64,000 nt of DNA from a virus, in the IMG/VR virus record IMGVR_UViG_3300025082_002887, positions 1 to 64,000 of that record; one strand, 5' to 3'. A program made the translations under genes and the position numbers. Position 1 is the first letter of the stretch. Each line of letters starts with the position of its first letter. The notes under the pieces were generated by a model that saw only the letters and a program-made list of their open reading frames with translations, was not told where the DNA came from and made no database searches. Positions 16,145 to 24,824 of the stretch are shown piece by piece.

Positions 16145-17193
16145 AGAAAAATATATTAATTGTTGGTACTGGCACAATTGGCGAGCCCCTGATTGGCCTC
16201 CTGGCAGACTTCAGAAAAAAATTAAATATCGGGCAAGTAATTTTTCATAAAAGAACGCCCTTGATAGATGAAGTGGCGAAAGTCAACAGTCTAATAAAGA
16301 GAGGTGCCAAATTGGCTGTGAATGAAGATCTAATCTCTTCCTTCAAGGAGCTACGTCATAAAGTTTCATACAATTTCCAGGAAGCTCTAGAGAAAGCAGA
16401 TGTTGTAATCGATTGCACCCCCGCTGGTAACGAGCATAAAAAGAAGCATTACGTAAAATACCCAGGCAAAACTTTTATAGCGCAAGGTAGCGAAAAGGGC
16501 TTTGGAGTACCATATGCATATGGTATCAATGACGAGGTACTCGATAAGAAGCCCTCTTTCATTCAAGTTGTTAGTTGCAACACGCATAATATTGCCTCCA
16601 TTATAAACTCAATCGACCCGAGCATTGGTAGCATAGAGCGTGGAGATTTTGTTTGTATTCGGAGAGCTAATGACATAAGCCAAGAAGGAGGCTTTATACC
16701 CTCCCCACAGGTTGGAGTCCACAATTCTGAAAAGTTTGGTACCCACCACGCTAAGGATGCATACGATCTGTTTCGTACAAAGAATAAGTTTGTCAATATT
16801 TTTTCAAGTGCCCTCAAAGTTAATTCTCAATATATGCACATTATTCGCTTTAATTTGGTAGCCTATGGGCACATATCAAAAGAAAATTTAATTAATCGCT
16901 TTAGAGAGAACAAGTTTGTAGCGCTCACTCACAAAGAAGCGACAAACAGAGTGTTTTCTTTTGGTAGAGATCATGGATATTATGGACGAATATTTAATCA
17001 AACAGTAGTATCGATTCCATCTTTAACAGCAACTAGTCTCCCTGGAAAAACACAAGTCAGCGGATTTTGTTTTACACCTCAAGATGGGAATTCGCTACTT
17101 AGCAGCGTTGCAGCTGCTTTATATGGAATTTATGGAGAAGATTATCTTTCAAAGATGGCGATATTTGATGATTTTCTTTTTTCGGAGATTTAA
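16141..17193 (+). CDS. Type II (archaeal-type) glyceraldehyde-3-phosphate dehydrogenase-like protein
   Basis: Rossmann motif IVGTGTIG, ADVVIDCTP, FIAQGSEK, catalytic VVSCNTH, IRRAND, GTHHAKDA. TTG start. Confidence 0.75.
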   Translation: MKKNILIVGTGTIGEPLIGLLADFRKKLNIGQVIFHKRTPLIDEVAKVNSLIKRGAKLAVNEDLISSFKELRHKVSYNFQEALEKADVVIDCTPAGNEHKKKHYVKYPGKTFIAQGSEKGFGVPYAYGINDEVLDKKPSFIQVVSCNTHNIASIINSIDPSIGSIERGDFVCIRRANDISQEGGFIPSPQVGVHNSEKFGTHHAKDAYDLFRTKNKFVNIFSSALKVNSQYMHIIRFNLVAYGHISKENLINRFRENKFVALTHKEATNRVFSFGRDHGYYGRIFNQTVVSIPSLTATSLPGKTQVSGFCFTPQDGNSLLSSVAAALYGIYGEDYLSKMAIFDDFLFSEI

Positions 17194-17520
17194 ATGCAAT
17201 TTAATTACGGCTATGTTTGCGAACCAAACAATATATCAATAACAGTAGAAAACACCCCCACTTATAGTAAAGGAATAAAGATTATTTTTTATCTTGGCAA
17301 CAAAGAAGCATTTTCTACAATTCAATCACTTCCAACTTTTACTCCTGATAAAGATGATATTGATGATGTTGTCAGATCATATTGCAATTTAATAAAAGGC
17401 TGTACTAAAAAATATATACAAGGTCGCTTCCCAATAAATAAAGTTATGACGGTAATGTTAGTTAATCAATCTTTAAAAAAAGTGCGCACAAAAATTGGAA
17501 AAACAATTTGGACAAGCTAG
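17194..17520 (+). CDS. Hypothetical protein
   Basis: Abuts the preceding stop codon; no motif recognised. Confidence 0.55.
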   Translation: MQFNYGYVCEPNNISITVENTPTYSKGIKIIFYLGNKEAFSTIQSLPTFTPDKDDIDDVVRSYCNLIKGCTKKYIQGRFPINKVMTVMLVNQSLKKVRTKIGKTIWTS

Positions 17521-18264
17521 CTAGAGGTGGGAGTATCTACCATTATTATCTTCAATAAAATCCATTAATGATTCATAAGTTGGCCCTAAAGAAATTACGG
17601 GAAACCTTATAAGCAAAGAGTGAATCAACCCTACTAATTCAAATTTATCGTTTAAGACCATCGAACCAGAAGATCCCGGCGCAGCCGGTAACGTATACAC
17701 AGAAACACGATTGAGACCCCATTTATTTGTTGCTTCTCCGTTATGAAAGCCATCAATTATTGGTACCATCTGATAATCAAATATTCCAACCGGCGCGCCA
17801 ATATTATATATACGAGATCCGGGCAACGGCTTATAAGCTGCAATTTTAACTGGTGGCCTTCGAAGGTTTTTGGCAAACAACATGCATATGTCATTAGCAT
17901 TATCTCTTTCTAACGCCACAGCCTTATACTTTTTACCATCAATGTCAACTAATTTAAAGGTGGTGTAAAGGGCGGTAGGTTCAGAAGCGCAAACATGAGC
18001 GGCAGTTATAACTAAACTTCCATTATTGGTGTTTTTTATTACAAAGCCAGACCCGATATAACGAGCGGTTTCGCCAATTTTAATGCACCTTTTAAAGAGA
18101 CATATTTTACTTTCTTCCTTCACTGTTACGAACATAAAAGAATCGCGAGGTAAATTGTGTGCCGTTTCTTCGGCTGTATAGTGATAGGTGTTTTTATTGT
18201 GGTGGTGGGTATAGGTGCATGTTACTAAAAAAAGAACTAATAGAGACATTAGAATTTTTTTCAT
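17521..18264 (-). CDS. Trypsin-like (S1) serine protease, probable lipoprotein
   Basis: TAAHVC, NDICML and PGSSGS give the catalytic triad. Signal MKKILMSLLVLFLVTC is lipobox-like. Start 18264 gives an ATGA overlap with the upstream gene. Confidence 0.85.
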   Translation of the reverse strand: MKKILMSLLVLFLVTCTYTHHHNKNTYHYTAEETAHNLPRDSFMFVTVKEESKICLFKRCIKIGETARYIGSGFVIKNTNNGSLVITAAHVCASEPTALYTTFKLVDIDGKKYKAVALERDNANDICMLFAKNLRRPPVKIAAYKPLPGSRIYNIGAPVGIFDYQMVPIIDGFHNGEATNKWGLNRVSVYTLPAAPGSSGSMVLNDKFELVGLIHSLLIRFPVISLGPTYESLMDFIEDNNGRYSHL

Positions 18265-18731
18265 TTGGAAGCCAACTCCAGTTTCCATCGTATTTCAACC
18301 TTTTTTTTGCCATTCTTGTCTTTGGTTGTTTTTTCTTTGTATTCTGCTATTATATTTGATCCGTTGGTTGTCCATCTTGCAATTGTTTCTTGAGGGTTTA
18401 TTTCTTTATAGCGCCCCATTGCTACGTCAATTATGAACTGGATGCTGGCCTTTACCAAAGAAGCATCTTCTGTTTTATATCGCGTAATAACATGTGTTTT
18501 CTTTTCTTTATGAATTTTGTCCAACCACACAAGACATCTTGCGAATTTTGGTAAAATTTGTTTTTTGACCGAGGCCTCTTGTGAACTTACAACTTCATAT
18601 AGAAATCCCTTAATGGCATATATCTGATCGTTGTCCATGGGTGTACACCCCTTTTTGCATAGCACCACCTTAGCTTGCGCTAAAGCTGGAACGAGCAAAA
18701 GCATGAGTGTGGTCATCAATGCTTTTTTCAT
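18261..18731 (-). CDS. Secreted hypothetical protein
   Basis: AGGAGG SD. Sec signal MKKALMTTLMLLLVPALAQA. Confidence 0.75.
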   Translation of the reverse strand: MKKALMTTLMLLLVPALAQAKVVLCKKGCTPMDNDQIYAIKGFLYEVVSSQEASVKKQILPKFARCLVWLDKIHKEKKTHVITRYKTEDASLVKASIQFIIDVAMGRYKEINPQETIARWTTNGSNIIAEYKEKTTKDKNGKKKVEIRWKLELASK

Positions 18732-18804
18732 TTTTAAAGAACCTCCTAATAATAACTATGAGCGAAATAAAACAACAGTTCTTTTTCTTAATAAAATAAT
18801 CAAA

Positions 18805-18812
18805 ACTATTTA
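18805..18812 (+). promoter_or_regulatory. Candidate phage late promoter motif ACTATTTA upstream of phoH
   Basis: Lies in a divergent intergenic region; a related CATAGTTA on the minus strand (18753-18760) precedes the divergent operon. Confidence 0.45.
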
Positions 18813-18840
18813 TAATGTGCATTAAATACAAATCATTTAT

Positions 18841-20151
18841 ATGGCGAAAAAAACTTATATTCTAGATACAAGCGTCTACCTAACAGACGCAAACGCGCTA
18901 ACTGCTTACCAAAACAATGATATAATCATTCCATTTAAAGTTTTAGAGGAAGTAGATAAGCACAAGAAGCGACAAGATAGTGTCGGCTCTAACGCTCGAA
19001 AAACAATTCGAACGCTTGATTCCATAAGAGAGCGCGGTTCGCTCTATAAGGGGGTCCGGATCGCCAAAGGAAAGGGTATTGTGACGGTTAAGGGCGCCGA
19101 AAGTAATCTTTTGGACACATCTATAGCAGATAATGAAATAATTACAGTTGCACTAGAAGAAAAACAAAGAAATGAACAAAGAAAGGTGATCCTGGTTTCG
19201 CGCGACATTAATATGCGCGTAAAATGCGATGCGCTGAATCTTTTAACCGAAGACTACATTATTAATCAAGTAGTCAAAGATACCGATCATTTGTATACAG
19301 GCTTTAAGATGCACCTTGTTGATGATCAAATTATTGACCAGTTTTATAATGGAGAAAAAATTTATTTAGACAAAGAGGACGTGGCACTGCAACCGAATCA
19401 CTTTTTAATGCTAGTTTCCAACTCCAATGAAAAGAAAACTGCACTTGCAAGATTTTATAATTATTCAAAGCCCCTTAAAAGAATTAATGGGGAACATAAA
19501 CATGGCGTATGGAACGTACGAGCCCGCAACAAAGAACAAAGTTTCGCTCTTGATTTATTGATGGATCCTGATGTCCAAGTCGTCACTTTGGTCGGAAAAG
19601 CTGGTAGCGGCAAAACACTTTTATCTATAGCCGCCGGCTTAGCTCAGGCGGTGGAAGAAATCAAAGATACTACGTATAAGAGATTGATCGTGTCTCGCCC
19701 AATTCAGCCGTTAGGAAAAGATATTGGATATCTACCCGGAACAATGGAAGAAAAAATGGCGCCTTGGCTTAGTCCCATCCAAGACAACTTGAGATATTTA
19801 ATGGGGAATGATAAAGAAACCTTAAGAATGTATACGTCACAAGGTATAATAGAGATTGAAGCTTTGACTTATATAAGAGGGCGCTCAATTGCAGATGCTT
19901 TTATTATAATCGACGAAGCACAGAACTTGACAGCACATGAATTAAAGACTATAATTACAAGAGTGGGCGAGAACACAAAAGTTGTGCTAACTGGAGATAT
20001 CGATCAAATTGATAATGCGTATGTTGATGAAACATCAAATGGATTAGCATACGCAGTAGAAAAATTTAAGAGTCATGATCTATCGGGTCACATTACTTTA
20101 GTAAAGGGCGAAAGATCTAAAGTTGCCACATTAGCAGCAAAAATTCTTTAA
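18841..20151 (+). CDS. phoH: PIN-domain PhoH-family ATPase
   Basis: PIN: ILDTSV..EEVD..ADNEII..SRDINMR. PhoH: GKAGSGKT, IGYLPG, YIRGRS, IIDEAQN, GDIDQID. Confidence 0.93.
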   Translation: MAKKTYILDTSVYLTDANALTAYQNNDIIIPFKVLEEVDKHKKRQDSVGSNARKTIRTLDSIRERGSLYKGVRIAKGKGIVTVKGAESNLLDTSIADNEIITVALEEKQRNEQRKVILVSRDINMRVKCDALNLLTEDYIINQVVKDTDHLYTGFKMHLVDDQIIDQFYNGEKIYLDKEDVALQPNHFLMLVSNSNEKKTALARFYNYSKPLKRINGEHKHGVWNVRARNKEQSFALDLLMDPDVQVVTLVGKAGSGKTLLSIAAGLAQAVEEIKDTTYKRLIVSRPIQPLGKDIGYLPGTMEEKMAPWLSPIQDNLRYLMGNDKETLRMYTSQGIIEIEALTYIRGRSIADAFIIIDEAQNLTAHELKTIITRVGENTKVVLTGDIDQIDNAYVDETSNGLAYAVEKFKSHDLSGHITLVKGERSKVATLAAKIL

Positions 20152-20156
20152 AAAGC

Positions 20157-20185
20157 TTGACAAAATAAAATATTATATATATAAT
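20157..20185 (+). promoter_or_regulatory. Perfect-consensus sigma70 promoter
   Basis: TTGACA (20157-62), 17-nt spacer, TATAAT (20180-85), in the intergenic gap after phoH. Confidence 0.8.
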
Positions 20186-20195
20186 GGAGATAAAT

Positions 20196-20462
20196 ATGAG
20201 TACTGAAAATGAAAATCCGGAATTGCTGCAGTCAGTAGAAAAATCAAACGAGTTGAAAGAATGGCTTGTAAACTATGTAGGAAATAAATATAATCCAGAT
20301 TCCGATGAAGTGACTGTAGAAATGATTATTAAAACAATGGCTGAAGAATTTCCTGAATTTCTTTTAGTTTTAGCTGAAGAAAATTTTATACGAGGATATC
20401 AACAAGCATTAGCTGATATCGATGAAGGAGAAAATTTAATGCAAAAAGATGGAGTGGTTTAA
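20196..20462 (+). CDS. Hypothetical phage protein
   Basis: GGAGA before ATG20196 (track start 20184). AEEFPEFLLVLAEENFIRGYQQAL. Confidence 0.7.
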   Translation: MSTENENPELLQSVEKSNELKEWLVNYVGNKYNPDSDEVTVEMIIKTMAEEFPEFLLVLAEENFIRGYQQALADIDEGENLMQKDGVV

Positions 20463-20464
20463 TA

Positions 20465-21157
20465 GTGAATTATATTTCTGAAAGTGCTGAGAGAGCAAAA
20501 AAGAATAGTAGAGAAAAACATATATATGGAGACAAATTGGTTTATATAAAGGACCAACTGCCATATGGTTTTGATTTAAATTATGTGCTAGAAACAATAG
20601 AGAAATTAATCCCTCGAACGTTTTTTAGTAACATTGATTCAATTTATGTAGGAAAGTTTAAAATTTTAGATAATGGCGACCTTCCTTTCAATGCAAAATA
20701 TAAAGACAATGCTTTATATATCACGAATGATCAAGATAACGAAAATGATATGATGGATGACATTGTGCACGAAATTGCGCATGCCGTTGAAGAACAATTT
20801 GAAGAACAGCTTTATTCTGATGTCTCAATTGAAAACGAGTTTAGAGGAAAAAGAGAAACTTTATATCACCTTTTAGACCAAGAAGGATATGAGCCCCCCG
20901 GGAAACAATTTAATAATATCGAATACAACAAGTATTTTGACCATTATCTTTATAATATTGTAGGATATCCTACGCTAAACGCTTTAATCGCGGGCCTGTT
21001 TTATTCTCCATATGCTGTGACGTCTTATCGAGAATATTTTGCAAACGGTTTCGAGAACTATTTTTTAAGAGATCAAAACTATTTAAAGAAAGTAAGTCCG
21101 ATATTATATAATAAGATTGTCGACTTATTAGTTGACCAAACAGAAGAGGAATTATAG
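20465..21157 (+). CDS. Zincin-like metallopeptidase
   Basis: IVHEIAHAVE plus downstream REYFANGF. Confidence 0.65.
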   Translation: MNYISESAERAKKNSREKHIYGDKLVYIKDQLPYGFDLNYVLETIEKLIPRTFFSNIDSIYVGKFKILDNGDLPFNAKYKDNALYITNDQDNENDMMDDIVHEIAHAVEEQFEEQLYSDVSIENEFRGKRETLYHLLDQEGYEPPGKQFNNIEYNKYFDHYLYNIVGYPTLNALIAGLFYSPYAVTSYREYFANGFENYFLRDQNYLKKVSPILYNKIVDLLVDQTEEEL

Positions 21158-21160
21158 AAA

Positions 21161-21484
21161 ATGAATATTAAGTTTATCGATAAGAACACTGTAGAAATTA
21201 CAGCATCTTTAAAGTGGATCGCCACGCGCCCACCAGCGTCACAAAGGAAAATTATAAAAAAAGAAGAGTTTATTGCTAAGTTCAAAAAGAAACACCCTTC
21301 TTATACTGTAGAAAAAGTCGAAGGCCCCGATAAGATTTCCAACTTTAGAGAAGAAAGACAGTCTAAAGGGGCATGGGTGCTCACGGTATCGAAAATTGAA
21401 AAAAGCAAGCTTGCACCAAAAAAAGTAAAAAAAGTGATCACTAAACCGCAACAGCCACAAAAAGAAAAGAAACAAGGTGTTTAA
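21161..21484 (+). CDS. Basic hypothetical protein
   Basis: GAGGA SD; coupled to the next gene (TAATG). Confidence 0.65.
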   Translation: MNIKFIDKNTVEITASLKWIATRPPASQRKIIKKEEFIAKFKKKHPSYTVEKVEGPDKISNFREERQSKGAWVLTVSKIEKSKLAPKKVKKVITKPQQPQKEKKQGV

Positions 21485-22260
21485 TGCCCCACATATCTTT
21501 CTCAGAATTAAAATTATGGAATGAGTGCCCCTGGAAACACAAGCTCGTTTATTTAGATGGCATCAAGGCCTTTGAGGGCAATGAGCACACAGCTTTTGGT
21601 ACAGCAATTCATTCTGTTTGTGAACAACTGGTCGAGAATAATATTAAAAATGCAGCTGAATATTTTCAGGAACAATTTTTAAAAGAACTACAAGAATTAC
21701 CAAAAGATTATGAATTGAAAAAAGATCTTGTTACTAGTATGCGTATGCAGGGATGTATGTTGATTGGCCATATATTGCCATCATTAAAAGATTATTTTGG
21801 AAGTTATGAGTTGGTTTCTGTTGAAGAAAAACTATATGTGCCCATTGAAGGATATGACGATTATAATTTTAAAGGGTATATTGATTTGGTTTTGAAAACT
21901 TCTGATGAAAAATATCATATTATTGATTGGAAGACGTGTTCTTGGGGTTGGGATCCACGACGCAAAAGTGATAGAATGACAACATATCAATTAACACTAT
22001 ATAAGCACTTCTTTTGTATTGAACATGGTATAGACACGTCAATGGTAGACACACACTTCGCGCTGCTTAAAAGAACAGCCAAAAAAAATAATATAGAGTT
22101 ATTTAAAGTTACTAGTGGTAATAAAAAAACTGAAAATGCCCTTAAATTATTGAATAAATCTCTTTATAATTTAACTAATAAAAATTATATTAAAAATCGC
22201 GCGGCGTGCCAAGGAAGATTTGGCCCCTGCGAATTTTTAAAATCACAACATTGCAATTAA
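21484..22260 (+). CDS. PD-(D/E)XK nuclease, RecB/AddB/Cas4-like
   Basis: SFSELK..ECPW, FGTAIHS, GYIDLV, IIDWKT, QLTLY and three C-terminal cysteines (possible Fe-S ligands). Confidence 0.85.
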   Translation: MPHISFSELKLWNECPWKHKLVYLDGIKAFEGNEHTAFGTAIHSVCEQLVENNIKNAAEYFQEQFLKELQELPKDYELKKDLVTSMRMQGCMLIGHILPSLKDYFGSYELVSVEEKLYVPIEGYDDYNFKGYIDLVLKTSDEKYHIIDWKTCSWGWDPRRKSDRMTTYQLTLYKHFFCIEHGIDTSMVDTHFALLKRTAKKNNIELFKVTSGNKKTENALKLLNKSLYNLTNKNYIKNRAACQGRFGPCEFLKSQHCN

Positions 22261-22269
22261 GAGGCCCGC

Positions 22270-23538
22270 ATGAGCGAAAAAATTAAGATCATGACTATTA
22301 GTGATATGCCTTTTGCACCTTCTGGTGTGGGCACACAAACAAGATATATTATTGAGAATATGTTAAAAACTGGCAAATACAAATTTGTTAGCTTAGGGGG
22401 CGCTATGAAACACGCCTCGCACAAACCGATTACAACTGAAGAATGGGGCGAAGACTGGATTACTTTTCCAGTAGATGGATACGGCACACAAGAAATTGTA
22501 AGATCAATTCTTCGACAAGAAAAACCTGATATACTTTGGTTTATGACGGACCCAAGATTTTGGGGTTGGCTGTGGGAAATTGAAAACGAAATCCGCCCAC
22601 TGGTTCCAATGGTCTATTATCATGTTTGGGACAACTACCCCTACCCAGACTATAATAAAAAGTTTTATGAATCAAATGATTTGATCGCGACAATATCTAA
22701 AGTCACTGATGACGTTGTAAGAACTGTGGCGCCCTCAGTAAAATCAATTTACTTACCGCACGCTGTCAACACAGAAGCATTCAAAAAACACGATTCAGAA
22801 AAAGTTAAATCATTCGTTATGAACAGTTTTGGCGATAAATATGATCCGGATAAATTCATTTTCTTTTGGAACAATAGAAATGCACGCCGAAAACAAAGCG
22901 GCTCATTAATTTTTTGGTTTAAAAAGTTTTTAGATAAAGTGGGACACGACAAAGCTTCTTTAATAATGCATACCGATGTTAAAGATGCTCATGGGCAAAA
23001 CCTTGAAGAGATTGTTAACCATTTAGGAATAAACAATGGAGAAGTGATGTTCTCGCAGAAAAAAATAAATCCAGAAGTATTAGCATTATTATATAATATG
23101 GCTGATTGTACAATTAATATAGCAGATGCAGAAGGGTTTGGTTTATCTACTTTAGAATCATTGGCTTGCGAAACCCCCATTATTGTCAACATGACAGGAG
23201 GCCTACAGGAACAAGTAACAGATGGCGAAGAGTGGTTTGGAATTGGGGTAGAGCCTACATCCAAAGGAATAATCGGCTCACAGGAAATATCTTGGATTTA
23301 TGAGGACCGGCTTTCTGAAAAGGTGGTTGTTGATGCGATGTTAGAAATGTATAACAAGTCTAAAGAGGAAAGATCTGAATTGGGCAGGAAAGGGCGCAAT
23401 CACGTAATGACTAACTATAATTTTGATAATTTTATTAAAAAATGGGATGAAGTGTTTACAATGGTCCACGAAGAATATGGTTCGTGGGGCACGCGAAAAC
23501 CATATGATAATCGCTGGGTTTTAAAGGAGATCGCATGA
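22270..23538 (+). CDS. Glycosyltransferase, GT-B/GT4 family
   Basis: SGVGTQ, NRNARRK, AEGFGLSTLESLACETP. Confidence 0.88.
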   Translation: MSEKIKIMTISDMPFAPSGVGTQTRYIIENMLKTGKYKFVSLGGAMKHASHKPITTEEWGEDWITFPVDGYGTQEIVRSILRQEKPDILWFMTDPRFWGWLWEIENEIRPLVPMVYYHVWDNYPYPDYNKKFYESNDLIATISKVTDDVVRTVAPSVKSIYLPHAVNTEAFKKHDSEKVKSFVMNSFGDKYDPDKFIFFWNNRNARRKQSGSLIFWFKKFLDKVGHDKASLIMHTDVKDAHGQNLEEIVNHLGINNGEVMFSQKKINPEVLALLYNMADCTINIADAEGFGLSTLESLACETPIIVNMTGGLQEQVTDGEEWFGIGVEPTSKGIIGSQEISWIYEDRLSEKVVVDAMLEMYNKSKEERSELGRKGRNHVMTNYNFDNFIKKWDEVFTMVHEEYGSWGTRKPYDNRWVLKEIA

Positions 23539-24824
23539 AAAAGAAAATATTGGTTAGAGCACCTGTTTTAACGCGGTCAGGCTATGGGGAACATTCTCGA
23601 TTTGTCTTGCGTTCTCTTCGCACACAAGAAGACAAATTTGATATTTATGTGTTTCCTGTGAATTGGGGCAAGTGCGGCTGGATATACGACGATAATGAAG
23701 AGAGAAGGTGGCTGGACAAGCTTATTACCAAGACCGCTCATTATAACCAGGATAAAAATGCATTTTATGATATTAGTATTCAAGTCTCTATCCCAAATGA
23801 GTGGGAGCGCATAGCGCCCATTAATATTGGTGTTACCGCCGGAATTGAAACGAATCGTGTCGCCCCAGTGTGGCTCGAAAGAGCAAACATGATGGACAAA
23901 ATTATTACAATCTCTAGTCATTCAAAAAATGTATTTTTAAACACAGAATACGATGCAGTACACAAAGAAACAGGGCAAAAGCTTCAGCTACGCTGCAATA
24001 AGCCTGTAGAGGTTGTCCACTATCCCACAAAAGAATTTGAAGATCTTAATCTTAATTTAAAATTGGAAACTGATTTTAATTTCCTTGCAGTTGCCCAGTG
24101 GGGCCCCAGAAAAAATTTAGAAAACACAGTAAGATGGTTTGTTGAAGAGTTCATTGACCAGCCGGTGGGCCTTGTTGTTAAAACTTTTATGAAAGGTAAT
24201 TCCGTCATTGATCGCACACACATCGATGCGAAACTTACAAATATATTAGAAAAATATAAAAATAGAAAATGCAAAGTTTATTTATTGCACGGAGACATGA
24301 CAGATCAGGAGTTGCACTCCTTGTATAAACACCCGAAAATTAAAGCATTTGTTTCGCTTGCCCACGGAGAAGGTTTTGGACTTCCTCATTTTGAAGCCGC
24401 ATATTCAGGCCTCCCGGTGGTGGCGCCAGAATGGAGTGGGTATCTTGATTTTCTTTGTGCCCCGAGAAAGGATAAAAAAACTGGAAAAGAAAAAATTAAA
24501 CCATATTTTGCATGCGTAGACTGTGATTTACAGCCTGTACAAAAAGAGGCGCAATGGGATGGGGTTATACAAGCGGATTCAATGTGGTGTTTTCCGCAGC
24601 AAGGCTCATATAAAATGAAACTTCGCGAAGTACATAAAGATTATGGGCGATTTAAGAAACAGGCGGATTCGCTTAAAAAATGGATATTAGACAACTTTTC
24701 TGAAAAAAAACAATATGAAACATTTGCTAGCCACTTAAAAGAATATGCCCCCGTTCCGGGCGAGTTCGTATCTAACAATGAAATAGATGATTTATTTAAT
24801 AAATTAGCTAAACAGAGTGTATGA
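23535..24824 (+). CDS. Glycosyltransferase, GT-B/GT4 family
   Basis: SGYGEH, RKNLEN, GEGFGLPHFEAAYSGLPV. Confidence 0.88.
   Translation: MKKKILVRAPVLTRSGYGEHSRFVLRSLRTQEDKFDIYVFPVNWGKCGWIYDDNEERRWLDKLITKTAHYNQDKNAFYDISIQVSIPNEWERIAPINIGVTAGIETNRVAPVWLERANMMDKIITISSHSKNVFLNTEYDAVHKETGQKLQLRCNKPVEVVHYPTKEFEDLNLNLKLETDFNFLAVAQWGPRKNLENTVRWFVEEFIDQPVGLVVKTFMKGNSVIDRTHIDAKLTNILEKYKNRKCKVYLLHGDMTDQELHSLYKHPKIKAFVSLAHGEGFGLPHFEAAYSGLPVVAPEWSGYLDFLCAPRKDKKTGKEKIKPYFACVDCDLQPVQKEAQWDGVIQADSMWCFPQQGSYKMKLREVHKDYGRFKKQADSLKKWILDNFSEKKQYETFASHLKEYAPVPGEFVSNNEIDDLFNKLAKQSV

Noticed and set aside
21484-22260. CRISPR-Cas locus suggested by the Cas4-like gene
   Set aside because: No cas1/cas2, effector genes or array in the window; solo nucleases of this type are common in phages.
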